From an uncultured Clostridium sp. (lineage in GTDB: Bacteria; Bacillota; Clostridia; TANB77; CAG-508), in contig CAMJCT010000006.1 in the NCBI GenBank assembly GCA_946404215.1, positions 6,244-70,243 of the forward strand: 64,000 bases of DNA. Direction: 5' to 3'. This document shows, piece by piece, positions 1 through 9,291 of the stretch (position 1 is its first letter; the number at the start of each line of letters is the position of its first letter). A program made the translations under genes and the position numbers. The notes beneath the pieces are model-generated. The model did no database searches. It saw only the letters and a list, made by a program, of their open reading frames with translations, and was not told where the DNA came from.

Positions 1-368
1 ATTTTTTATCTGAAATAATGAAAAGAATAAAGTTTGTAAATTTAAATGGTTCAAAGGAAAAAAGATTGCCTGGAAATTGTAATTGTTCTTTTTTGTGTGT
101 TGATGGGCAATCTTTGGTTTTGAACCTAGATTCAAAGGGGATTTGTGTGTCAAGTGGTTCTGCTTGTTCTTCAAATTCTCAAGAACCATCACATGTTTTA
201 AAAGCAATAGGTTTATCAGATGATTTGGCGAGAAGTGCATTAAGAATAACTTTTGGAGAAGATAATATAAAAGAAGATGTAGATTATTTATTAGACAATC
301 TAGAAGAAACAGTAAGTAGGCTTAGAAATATGTCACCAGAATTTAAGATGATTGCAAAAGAGCAATAG
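1..368 (+). CDS. cysteine desulfurase (NifS/IscS family), 3' part; gene starts upstream of the window
   Basis: Frame is open to the window edge. C-terminal motif GICVSSGSACSS...PSHVLKAIG is typical of class V cysteine desulfurases. Confidence 0.85.
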   Translation, partial: FLSEIMKRIKFVNLNGSKEKRLPGNCNCSFLCVDGQSLVLNLDSKGICVSSGSACSSNSQEPSHVLKAIGLSDDLARSALRITFGEDNIKEDVDYLLDNLEETVSRLRNMSPEFKMIAKEQ

Positions 369-1914
369 CACATTTAATTCCATCAACAGCAGCGGACATA
401 ATTCCTCCTGCGTAGCCTGCACCTTCTCCACATGGATAAACGCCTTCTATATTTGAAACAAGATTTTCATTTCTTAAGATTTTAACAGGTGAAGAACTTC
501 TTGTTTCTATGCCAGTTAATATGCTATCAGGGTGTGCAAATCCATGAAGTTTGGTGTCAAAATATTTAATTCCTTCTTGTAGAGTCTCGGAGATGTAATT
601 TGGCAAAATTTCATGTAGGTTAGATAGAGTTACTCCGGGTAAGTAAGAAGGTTTAACAATACCAATTGTTTCCGTTTTTTTATTATTTAGGAAATCAGAA
701 ACTTTTTGTATTGGTGCAAAATAATTTGAGCCACCTAAAACAAATGCTTTTTCTTCTAATTTTTTTTGAAATGCAATTCCGGACAAAGGATGTGGACTAT
801 CAAAATCTTCTGGGGTAATATTTACTAAAAGTGCAGCGTTACTGTTTGTACCATTTCTTAAAAAGTTGCTCATACCATTTGTTACTATTGTATTGTATTC
901 ACTGGAAGAAGCCATAACATTTCCTCCAGGGCACATACAAAAAGTATAGCAAGATCTTCCTGTTTTAGAATGATAAGCCATCTTATATTCTGCAGGGGGA
1001 AGATGCAGTTTTGTGGTTTTTCCATATTGGGCGTCATTAATCCATTTTTGAAGATGTTCTATTCTAACACCAATTGAAAAGTTTTTCTTATCTATTAAGA
1101 AGTTATTTTTTAATAGAGTTTCAAAGGTTTCTCTAGAACTGTGCCCAATTGCTAGAATTACTTTATTAGATGTTATTTCTGATACTTCCTTGGAAATAAC
1201 ATTTTCTACTTGTATAGATTTAATTCTATTATTTTCTATATTAAAATCTATAGCCTTAGTGTTGAAGAGAATAGTTCCCTTGTTTGAAATAATATATTCT
1301 CTAATGTTTTTAATAATTTTAATTAAATTATCAGTTCCTATGTGAGGTTTAGAAAGATATAAAATTTGTTTTGGTGCTCCAAATTTAACAAATTCTTCTA
1401 AAACTTTTTTACAAAAGGGACTGTTTATTCCAGTTGTTAATTTTCCGTCAGAAAAAGTACCTGCGCCACCTTCACCAAATTGTACATTTGAGTAGGTATT
1501 TAAACTTCCAGTTTTTTGAAAGTGTTCTATAGAAATTTTTCTTTTTTCTACACATTCTCCTTGTTCTATTATTATGGGTTTATATCCGTTTTGTATCAAA
1601 ATGATAGCAGCAAAAAGACCTGCTGGACCAGCTCCAATTATTAAAGGATTTAAATTATTTGCATTTAATTCTATATTAGGCATTTTAAATTCTTTTATTT
1701 TTTCAAGTTTTGAATACTTTGTTTCATTTTTTAATTTTAAATCAATGGAATAAGAATAATGTACATCATCTTTTTTTCGAGCATCTATAGATTTTTTTGA
1801 TATGTGCCATTCTATTATATCTTGCATATGTATATTGTTTTTCTTAATTGCAATTTCTAAAACTTCTAAATCTGTTAGGTCTTTTCTAATTTTTATATTG
1901 TTTATTCTAAACAT
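343..1914 (-). CDS. FAD-dependent oxidoreductase (COG2509-like uncharacterised dehydrogenase)
   Basis: Dinucleotide-binding motif IIGAGPAGLFAA. Start moved to the third ATG (MFRINNIK) because GGAGG lies 5 nt upstream of it. Confidence 0.7.
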   Translation of the reverse strand: MFRINNIKIRKDLTDLEVLEIAIKKNNIHMQDIIEWHISKKSIDARKKDDVHYSYSIDLKLKNETKYSKLEKIKEFKMPNIELNANNLNPLIIGAGPAGLFAAIILIQNGYKPIIIEQGECVEKRKISIEHFQKTGSLNTYSNVQFGEGGAGTFSDGKLTTGINSPFCKKVLEEFVKFGAPKQILYLSKPHIGTDNLIKIIKNIREYIISNKGTILFNTKAIDFNIENNRIKSIQVENVISKEVSEITSNKVILAIGHSSRETFETLLKNNFLIDKKNFSIGVRIEHLQKWINDAQYGKTTKLHLPPAEYKMAYHSKTGRSCYTFCMCPGGNVMASSSEYNTIVTNGMSNFLRNGTNSNAALLVNITPEDFDSPHPLSGIAFQKKLEEKAFVLGGSNYFAPIQKVSDFLNNKKTETIGIVKPSYLPGVTLSNLHEILPNYISETLQEGIKYFDTKLHGFAHPDSILTGIETRSSSPVKILRNENLVSNIEGVYPCGEGAGYAGGIMSAAVDGIKCAIALLQSS

Positions 1915-2046
1915 AACATCCTCCATAAAATATAAAGACATTATAGCATATTAATACTAATTATGCTATAATTTTTATAGTGCAAATCTTTTATTTTTTT
2001 TATAATTGGTATATAATTATAAAAATAAAAATAGATGGGGAAATAT

Positions 2047-2700
2047 ATGAATAAAAAAGATGTTAAAGATAGAAAAGTAACAAATTTTATAATTAAATTA
2101 TTTTGGATATTTGTAATAGGAAGTATATTTGGATTCTTCGCCGAAATGATATACGCTTTTGTATATTCAAGAACTTTGGAAATAAGAAAGGGACTTATAT
2201 ATGGACCATTCATTCAGATATATGGAATGGGAGCTGTTGCATACTATATTCTAATTTCCAAGGTGAAAGAGCCTAAAGAAGCTTTTGTGCATGGAATGAT
2301 TATGGGGGGAACTCTAGAGTATTTGTGTTCATTTTTACAAGAGATTTTTTTTGGAACGGTATCATGGGATTATAGTAAGCTTTTTATAAATTTAAATGGA
2401 AGGACTAGTTTATTATATTGTGTTTATTGGGGGATAATAGCGGTTATTTTTTTGAAATTGGTTTATCCATGGCTTGAAAATATTTCTTTACTTATTTATA
2501 GGAAGAAAATAAGAATTTTTACTTTTATTTTTAGTATTTTTATGGTATTTGATATAACTATTTCATGTATGGCCGCAGATAGACAAGAAAAAAGACATAG
2601 AGATATTCTACCACAAAGTTCGTTAGATATTTTTTTAGATGAAAACTATCCTGATGAATTACTGGATAAGGTATATAATAATAAAATCGAAATAAAATAA
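2047..2700 (+). CDS. polytopic membrane protein (resembles the PF06541 'putative ABC-transporter type IV' family)
   Basis: Several hydrophobic helices. N-terminal pattern FWIFVIGSIFGFFAEMIY...GLIYGPF recalled from that family. GGGGAAA lies upstream of the ATG at 2047. Confidence 0.5.
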   Translation: MNKKDVKDRKVTNFIIKLFWIFVIGSIFGFFAEMIYAFVYSRTLEIRKGLIYGPFIQIYGMGAVAYYILISKVKEPKEAFVHGMIMGGTLEYLCSFLQEIFFGTVSWDYSKLFINLNGRTSLLYCVYWGIIAVIFLKLVYPWLENISLLIYRKKIRIFTFIFSIFMVFDITISCMAADRQEKRHRDILPQSSLDIFLDENYPDELLDKVYNNKIEIK

Positions 2701-2764
2701 AAATCATAAACAAGCTTTTATACGAATAGTATTAAACAAATGTATTCGTATGGAGGTTATCTTT

Positions 2765-3025
2765 ATGAAGGGTGTTGCATCAATAGATGAGCGTGCTGTA
2801 TTGTTAGCACAGTATATTATAGATTCTAAAGATACAGTAAGGGGAACGGCGAAAAAATTTGGGATAAGTAAAAGTACAGTACACAAGGATGTGTCTGAGA
2901 GATTACAAAAAATAAATGCAGTGTTAGCAAGAAAAGTAAGAGTTATTTTAGATGAAAACAAAGCTGAGAGACATATACGAGGGGGTATGGCTACAAAGTT
3001 AAAATATAGTCACTTAAAAAATTAG
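2765..3025 (+). CDS. spoIIID: sporulation transcriptional regulator SpoIIID
   Basis: RAVLLAQYII...TVRGTAKKFGISKSTVHKDVSERL helix-turn-helix and about 86 aa length match SpoIIID. GGAGG lies 8 nt upstream. Confidence 0.9.
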   Translation: MKGVASIDERAVLLAQYIIDSKDTVRGTAKKFGISKSTVHKDVSERLQKINAVLARKVRVILDENKAERHIRGGMATKLKYSHLKN

Positions 3026-3040
3026 AATTGAATTAGGATG

Positions 3041-3072
3041 AGTGGTAAGTAGAAAATACCACTTATTTTTTT
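3041..3072 (+). terminator. rho-independent terminator after spoIIID
   Basis: Stem AGTGGTA/TACCACT followed by a T run. Confidence 0.6.
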
Positions 3073-3189
3073 GTTTTACACGAATTTACAAAAAATAACA
3101 TAAAATATAGTAATTATGAATTAATAAATATAATTTGGTTAAATGAATATATAAAAGTTTTTTTAAAAGAAGGAAAGGAATGAATAAAG

Positions 3190-4038
3190 TTGTGTAAAAT
3201 TAAAAAGGGTGATTTTGTAGTTAGAAAATCGCATGATAAAGATATAATATTTATTGTAAAAAGTATAATAAATACGGATAAAGGAAAAATAGCAATACTA
3301 AAAGGGCTAGTAGACAGAATTGAGGCAGATAGTAGTATTGAAGATTTGGAAATTATAAAAAGACAAAAAGCTAAAAAACGAATGAAAGAATTAGATGATA
3401 AGGTAAATAGTATTACAAAAAATGCAATACTTGTAAGCTTAAAGTCGAATTATAAAATAGGAGTGTTTAGTAATAATAATAGAAAGCAAGAAAAGATAAT
3501 AACAGGGAAAATTTTGCATTTGGATGGTGATAGAAAGTATACTGAAAAATCTTATAAATATTATAAAAGTTTAGGATTGAATGCTATAGTAAAAAATATA
3601 CCTGAAAATAGACAGCCTCGATTAGTATATAGTTTATTAAAAATGTACAATCCAGATATACTTGTTATAACAGGGCACGATGGAATGATAAAAAATGGAA
3701 GCGGGTATCACGATGTTTATAATTATAGAAATTCAAAATATTTTATAGAAACAGTAAAAGAAGCTAGACGATATGATAAAGAAACAAATAAAAACTTGGT
3801 TATATTTGCTGGTGCATGCCAAAGTTATTTTGAGGGAATAATTTCAGCTGGAGCAAACTTTGCTTCTTCTCCAGCAAGAATACTAATTGATTTTTTGGAT
3901 CCGTTAGTTGTGGCAGAAAATGTAGCTTTTACAGAAAAATACAAATATATTACAATAGATGATATAGCAAGGGAATTAAGAGATGGCAAAAGGGGAATCA
4001 GTGGTATTGGGGCAAAAGGTAAAATGATAAGAGTGTAG
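3190..4038 (+). CDS. yabG: sporulation-specific peptidase YabG
   Basis: DILVITGHDG...YRNSKYFIETVKEARRYD...LVIFAGACQSYFE...GANFASSP pattern of the YabG family. TTG start follows GGAAAGGA. Confidence 0.85.
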   Translation: MCKIKKGDFVVRKSHDKDIIFIVKSIINTDKGKIAILKGLVDRIEADSSIEDLEIIKRQKAKKRMKELDDKVNSITKNAILVSLKSNYKIGVFSNNNRKQEKIITGKILHLDGDRKYTEKSYKYYKSLGLNAIVKNIPENRQPRLVYSLLKMYNPDILVITGHDGMIKNGSGYHDVYNYRNSKYFIETVKEARRYDKETNKNLVIFAGACQSYFEGIISAGANFASSPARILIDFLDPLVVAENVAFTEKYKYITIDDIARELRDGKRGISGIGAKGKMIRV

Positions 4039-4213
4039 ATAATTGATAATGAAATATTTGTAACACAATTGTAATATAAATGTAAAATAACAAAAAATAA
4101 TGATGAAACCATTGAAAATAAAGGAATATGGAGAATATAGATACTCCTACTTTTTTTGACAATTTATGCCAAAGATGCTATAATCAAGCCATCTTAAGGA
4201 AGAGGTGATAGGA

Positions 4214-4510
4214 ATGATTTGTCGTTCTGATATAGCGAATCTAAAAACTGATATCTTGGAAAAAGTAGGACAAAAGATAATAGTAAAAGGTTCTTTAGGA
4301 AGAAGTAAAGCCTTTGAAAAAGAAGCTACAATTGAAAAAGCGTATCCTAATATTTTTGTTGTAAAATATGAGGAAAATGATAGAAATGTAACTTATAGTT
4401 ATACAGATGTTTTAACTAGAACAGTAGAGGTAGAAGTTTTTGATGGAGATTCGTATAGTCCATTAATTCCTTTAACAAATGAAATAAAAAGGAAAAAAGC
4501 ATCTTTATAG
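4214..4510 (+). CDS. veg: Veg protein (biofilm formation stimulator, DUF1021)
   Basis: IKTDILEKVGQKIIVKGSLGRSKAFEKEATIEKAYPNIFVV matches the Veg family. The ATG at 4214 has AAGGAAGAGG upstream. Confidence 0.85.
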   Translation: MICRSDIANLKTDILEKVGQKIIVKGSLGRSKAFEKEATIEKAYPNIFVVKYEENDRNVTYSYTDVLTRTVEVEVFDGDSYSPLIPLTNEIKRKKASL

Positions 4511-4530
4511 AATATAAATTTAGTTTAGCT

Positions 4531-4556
4531 AAGCAGATTTAATCTGCTTTTTTTTA
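4531..4556 (+). terminator. rho-independent terminator after veg
   Basis: AAGCAGATT/AATCTGCTT stem followed by T8. Confidence 0.8.
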
Positions 4557-4715
4557 TGCAATAAAAATTAATACTTTTCTATTGAATGTATAAAAAGATG
4601 GCATATTACAAATTTATTGGAGTTCCTAGTTATTTTAAAATTAAGTAAAAATAATTGTCATAAAATTACAAAAGGAAAATATATTGTTATTAAGAAATTA
4701 ACAAGGAGGAAAAGT

Positions 4716-6278
4716 ATGATTATAGATACGATTAAAGAAAATTTGAGTATAAATAAAGTAGTAGCTAGAAAAAAAGAAATATTGTTAATAGAAGGAGATA
4801 TGATAGTTCCAGATTCTAAACCAGATATTTTGAGTACAATATGTACAAGTGGTGTTGTTTGTGTATATAAAAAGGAAGTTTTTGATGATAAAGTAAGAAT
4901 TGATGGTTCTGTGAATACGTTTATAACATATTTAGCTGATGATGAAAAAGATAAAGTTAGAGGAATAAATACAAGTTTAGATTTTTCTGAAACATTTAAT
5001 ATTTCAGGTTGCAAAGAAGGAATGGATGAGGTAATAGAAACAAAATTAAAATTAATAGAATGCAAAGTAATAAATGGAAGGAAAATTGGTATTAAAGCTA
5101 CATTAGAAGTTGAAATTAAAATATATTCAAATGATGAAGTAGAAATAATAAATGAAATTAAAGATTCTGAAGACATAAAAGTTTTAAAAGATGATTTAAG
5201 TGTAAATTCCTTAGTGGGAAAGGGAGAAACAAAGATATATGCAAAAGATACAATACCTATAAATGCTGAAGAAAATATAGCAGAAATATTGAAGAATGAT
5301 ATTGATATTTGCGATAAAGATATAAAAATAAGCTATAATAAAATATTGACAAAAGCAGAAGCAAAGGTAACAACAGTATACTTAACAGAGGATAATAGAA
5401 TAAATTGTGTTGTATCAAAAATTCCAGTAGTAGGTTTTATAGATATACCAAATGTTACAGAACAAAATAGCTGTGATATTAACTATGAAATAAAAAATAT
5501 GGTTATAAAGTTAAATCCTTCAGAGGAACATTCTATTTATATGGAAATAGAGGTAGTTGTAAAGGCATTTGTTTATGAGGAAAAACAAATACATTTAATT
5601 CAGGATTTGTATAGTCCTTGTGAGAATTTGGAATTTGATACAAAAAGAATAAGCACAATAGCAAATAAAAAGGCAAAAAAGGATTTAAAGCAGATTAGAG
5701 AAAAAGTAATGATAGAAGGTATAGAAAACCAAGAAATTTTAAGTGTAGAAGTGATGCCAGTTATAGAAAAACAAAAGAGTTTAAATAATAGAATAATTTA
5801 TGAAGGAAGTTTAAATTTGAAATTTATTATGAAAGATTCAAATATTTCAATAGATACAAAAAGTGCTAGTATTCCTTTTGAATACGTAATTGAAGATGTT
5901 AAAGATGCGAGTTCAGAAATAGAGATAGAAGTAGCAAATTCGGATTATATTATACAAGAAGGAGGGGTTATAAATTGTACTATAGATTTATTAGTAAATC
6001 AAAAAATATATAATAATATTAATTTAAATATAATGAATGAAATACAATCAAATGGTGCAAGAGAAATTGAAGATTATAGTATAATAATATATGTTGTTCA
6101 AAAAGGAGATACATTATGGAATATTGCTAAGAAATTCGGAAGCACTGTGGAGTGCATAGCTAAAGTAAATGAAATAGAGGATGAAAATAAAATATTTGTT
6201 GGACAGAAAATTTTTGTACCTCGATATGCAAAAAGTGGAGTAAATAGAAGAGAATCTTCTATGGTAAATTATGAATAA
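4716..6278 (+). CDS. DUF3794-repeat protein with C-terminal LysM domain; candidate spore-coat morphogenetic protein (SipL/SpoVID-like)
   Basis: C-terminal LysM (YVVQKGDTLWNIAKKFGSTVECIAKVNEI...GQKIFVP). Lies next to yabG, as sipL does in C. difficile (from memory). AAGGAGGA lies upstream of the ATG at 4716. Confidence 0.6.
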   Translation: MIIDTIKENLSINKVVARKKEILLIEGDMIVPDSKPDILSTICTSGVVCVYKKEVFDDKVRIDGSVNTFITYLADDEKDKVRGINTSLDFSETFNISGCKEGMDEVIETKLKLIECKVINGRKIGIKATLEVEIKIYSNDEVEIINEIKDSEDIKVLKDDLSVNSLVGKGETKIYAKDTIPINAEENIAEILKNDIDICDKDIKISYNKILTKAEAKVTTVYLTEDNRINCVVSKIPVVGFIDIPNVTEQNSCDINYEIKNMVIKLNPSEEHSIYMEIEVVVKAFVYEEKQIHLIQDLYSPCENLEFDTKRISTIANKKAKKDLKQIREKVMIEGIENQEILSVEVMPVIEKQKSLNNRIIYEGSLNLKFIMKDSNISIDTKSASIPFEYVIEDVKDASSEIEIEVANSDYIIQEGGVINCTIDLLVNQKIYNNINLNIMNEIQSNGAREIEDYSIIIYVVQKGDTLWNIAKKFGSTVECIAKVNEIEDENKIFVGQKIFVPRYAKSGVNRRESSMVNYE

Positions 6279-6996
6279 AATATATTCTAGACCAAGAATA
6301 AAGCTTCCAAAAATAAAGATAATAGGAAATAATAGGAGTATTAAACAAAAGAAAGATGTGGAAAAAAAAATTAAGATACTAGCAATAATAATTATAGCAA
6401 TTTTTACAGCAAAAACAATATTAGATGCAGTATTACCAATATTTAATACTTTATGTGAAAATCGTGCTAAGTCAATTGCTACTATAGTATCAAATGAACA
6501 GGCAACAATTATAATGAAAGAACATACTTATGATGATCTATTTTCAATTGAGAAGGACATGAATGGAAATATTACAATGATAAAATGCAATATAATATAT
6601 GTAAATGAAATAATTTCAGATGTAGCTGTAAGAATACAAGAAGAGATTAATAAAAGAGGAAGAGAAAATGTAGAAATTGCTCTTGGGAATTTTTCAGGTC
6701 TTAAACTTCTTTCAGGACGAGGACCAGGAGTAAAGATAAGAATATCGTCAATAGGGAATGTTGAAACAGATTTGAAAAGTGAATTTATATCTCAAGGGAT
6801 AAATCAAACATTGCATAGAGTTTATTTAAAAGTTGAATGTGAAATATCTATATTAACGCCTTTTAATAATATTTCTAAAAAAATCACAAATCAAGTATTA
6901 TTGCTGGAAAATGTAATTGTTGGTAATATTCCTAATACTTATTATAATTTAGAGGGATTAAAAAATAAAAGTGAGGCACTGGATATTATAGAATAA
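6271..6996 (+). CDS. yunB: sporulation protein YunB
   Basis: N-terminal membrane anchor plus GNFSGLKLLSGRGPGVKIRISSIGNV...INQTLHRVYLKVECEISILTPF, typical of YunB. Confidence 0.8.
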   Translation: MNKIYSRPRIKLPKIKIIGNNRSIKQKKDVEKKIKILAIIIIAIFTAKTILDAVLPIFNTLCENRAKSIATIVSNEQATIIMKEHTYDDLFSIEKDMNGNITMIKCNIIYVNEIISDVAVRIQEEINKRGRENVEIALGNFSGLKLLSGRGPGVKIRISSIGNVETDLKSEFISQGINQTLHRVYLKVECEISILTPFNNISKKITNQVLLLENVIVGNIPNTYYNLEGLKNKSEALDIIE

Positions 6997-7014
6997 CAGA
7001 GTATTTTTAATAAT

Positions 7015-7048
7015 AACCTTAGGAGTATAATGCTTCTGAGGTTTTATT
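7015..7048 (+). terminator. probable terminator after yunB
   Basis: AACCTTAGGAG / CTTCTGAGGTT stem (two G-U pairs) followed by TTTT. Confidence 0.5.
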
Positions 7049-7099
7049 AATGTTATGACTGAACAGCAACGACTAGTTATAAAAAATTTGGCTAAATGC

Positions 7100-7128
7100 T
7101 TGACAAATTAGGTTTTTTATAGTACAAT
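7100..7128 (+). promoter_or_regulatory. sigma-A-type promoter for rplM-rpsI
   Basis: TTGACA, 17 nt, TACAAT. Followed by a leader of about 145 nt before rplM. Confidence 0.55.
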
Positions 7129-7275
7129 ATTTTCGCATTTGTAAAAGTACAGAAGTAAAACAACTTTCTAATTAGATAATATGAATTAAGCAAGAACTTC
7201 TCCCCGGTGGTTTTTAGTTTAATTTTCATATAGATAAAAAAATTATAATTTAAAAATAGGAGGGTAATTATTACC

Positions 7276-7713
7276 ATGAATAATATTACATATAGTGCAA
7301 AAAAAGGCGAAGTTGAAAGTAAATGGTATATAATTGATGCAGCTAACAAACCACTTGGTAGAGTTGCAACAGAAGCTGCTAAATTATTAAGAGGAAAACA
7401 TAAACCAACTTATACACCAAATATTGATACAGGAGACCATGTTATCATATTAAATTCAAAAGATGTTGTTTTAACAGGGAATAAATTAAATCAAAAAGTT
7501 TATAGACATCATTCAGGTTATATTGGAGGAATGAAAGAAGTTCCTGCAAAAGTGATGCTTGAGAAAAATCCAGAAAAAGCCTTAACTTTGGCTATTAAGG
7601 GAATGCTACCACATAATTCTTTAGGAAGACAAATGATTAAAAAATTAAGAGTTTATGCTGGAAGTGAACACGAGAATCAAGCGCAAAAACCAGAAGTATG
7701 GGAGGTAAAATAA
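7276..7713 (+). CDS. rplM: 50S ribosomal protein L13
   Basis: [33 protein letters not shown] matches uL13. Confidence 0.97.
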   Translation: MNNITYSAKKGEVESKWYIIDAANKPLGRVATEAAKLLRGKHKPTYTPNIDTGDHVIILNSKDVVLTGNKLNQKVYRHHSGYIGGMKEVPAKVMLEKNPEKALTLAIKGMLPHNSLGRQMIKKLRVYAGSEHENQAQKPEVWEVK

Positions 7714-7714
7714 G

Positions 7715-8116
7715 ATGGCAAAAAAAGAAAATATAGTTTACTATGGCACAGGTAGAAGAAAAAGTTCTATAGCTAGAGTAAGATTAGTAGAAGGTTCTGG
7801 AAAAATTACTATTAATGGTAAAGATATAGATGAATTTTTTGGACTAGAAACATTAAAGGTTATAGTTAGACAACCATTAACAGTTACTAATACATCAGCT
7901 AAATATGATGTTATTTGTTCTGTAAAAGGTGGAGGATTTACAGGTCAAGCAGGAGCTATTCGTCATGGTATAGCAAGAGCTTTAAATGAAGCTAATTCTG
8001 AATATAGACCAGCTTTAAAAACAAACGGATTCTTAACTAGAGATTCACGTATGAAAGAAAGAAAGAAATATGGTCTTAAAAAGGCAAGAAAAGCTCCACA
8101 ATTTTCTAAGAGATAA
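7715..8116 (+). CDS. rpsI: 30S ribosomal protein S9
   Basis: [16 protein letters not shown]...[12 protein letters not shown] matches uS9. Confidence 0.97.
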   Translation: MAKKENIVYYGTGRRKSSIARVRLVEGSGKITINGKDIDEFFGLETLKVIVRQPLTVTNTSAKYDVICSVKGGGFTGQAGAIRHGIARALNEANSEYRPALKTNGFLTRDSRMKERKKYGLKKARKAPQFSKR

Positions 8117-8143
8117 AAAGAGCTTTTACCAAAAGCAATCAAA

Positions 8144-8176
8144 CCTCAGAAGTATAAATACTTCTGAGGTTTTTTA
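8144..8176 (+). terminator. rho-independent terminator after rpsI
   Basis: CCTCAGAAGTA / TACTTCTGAGG stem followed by T6. Confidence 0.85.
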
Positions 8177-8346
8177 TGTGTGTTCGCTTTTTTTTAAATT
8201 GAATCTTCTGTACATATTGAAATTAATAGATTTTAATTTTCAAGTTCGTTCGCTGTTATTTTTTGTAATATACAAGTAATAGATACGTAATATACAAACT
8301 TATATTTAACAAGTCGGAAGATTTTCTAAATTGATATCTGTTAAAT

Positions 8347-8952
8347 CTATTTAAAACTTACATTGTTAATAAATTCTTGTTCTAATTCACTTATATCATT
8401 TATAGAACTATCTATTTTAAATTTTATCACACAATATTCATCATTATATTTGTAATAATATTCATGATTAGTATAATTTTTTTCTTTTTGAGTATTATTG
8501 TACTCAATATAAAACCATTGAATGTCATCAATTGTCTTATTTTCAGATTTTACATTTGTTGTATTATCATTAGAATAATTACTTTCTTTTTCTGATAAAA
8601 TCTGCTCTGGGGTAATAGATGAAGTAGTAACCCTTATTTCTACGCTTTTATTTTTATCTGAATTTAATAACGAATAAAATCTTGTAGTTCCTAAAACATC
8701 AATTTCAAAAGAGCTTGAATACTTATAATTAAATCCATTACTAAAATGATCTTCTTTATCAAATTTGTATTTAACACCTTCAATTACTATATCTTTTGAT
8801 GACGAACTAGATTCTTCTTTCTTATTTAAGTTACTTTCATTGTCTGATATATTATTTGAACTTTCTTTTTTATTACCACAACCTGTTAAAATAAATAATC
8901 CTATTAATAATACTACTATAAGTGCAACAACAATTAAGAACTTTTTCTTCAT
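8347..8952 (-). CDS. hypothetical lipoprotein
   Basis: Signal peptide with lipobox (LFILTGC). GAGGGGGAA lies upstream of the internal ATG (MKKKFLIVVAL). No family recognised. Confidence 0.6.
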   Translation of the reverse strand: MKKKFLIVVALIVVLLIGLFILTGCGNKKESSNNISDNESNLNKKEESSSSSKDIVIEGVKYKFDKEDHFSNGFNYKYSSSFEIDVLGTTRFYSLLNSDKNKSVEIRVTTSSITPEQILSEKESNYSNDNTTNVKSENKTIDDIQWFYIEYNNTQKEKNYTNHEYYYKYNDEYCVIKFKIDSSINDISELEQEFINNVSFK

Positions 8953-9205
8953 AATATATTCCCCCTCGTAAAAAATAAAATTTACTTTTCTTATACAATA
9001 AAATAATAATAATTTCAACCCATTATTAGTGCCAACTTTTTGTATTCTTCATTCATTCTTAATTAAACTTTTCTCATAAGTACCTCCAATATTATTATCA
9101 GATATACTTATATCATAAATTCTGAATTAAGACATTTTCCTAAATGATTTATTAAGACATTATCATAAATGAATTATAGACGAACCATATCAAAATTGAA
9201 AAAAC

Positions 9206-9234
9206 TTGACAAATTTGGTAATTATGTGTATACT
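9206..9234 (+). promoter_or_regulatory. sigma-A-type promoter for the SH3b-NlpC/P60 gene
   Basis: TTGACA, 17 nt, TATACT. Confidence 0.55.
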
Positions 9235-9291
9235 GTTAGCGTTAAATAATAAGAGGATGTAATATGTTATAAAACAAGGAGTAATATAAAA

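Noticed and set aside
4658-5176. 172-aa ORF antisense to the SipL-like gene
   Set aside because: It lies entirely inside a better-supported gene on the other strand. Its low-complexity Ser/Ile/Phe composition is typical of antisense frames in AT-rich coding DNA, and it has no RBS.
7129-7275. L13 ribosomal leader (Rfam-type) upstream of rplM
   Set aside because: A leader of about 145 nt with an AGAAGT/ACTTCT hairpin exists. I cannot match it from memory to the published L13 leader consensus, so I make no feature call.
8070-8279. 69-aa plus-strand ORF overlapping the end of rpsI
   Set aside because: It runs through the strong rpsI terminator hairpin (8144-8176), has no RBS and shows junk-like composition.
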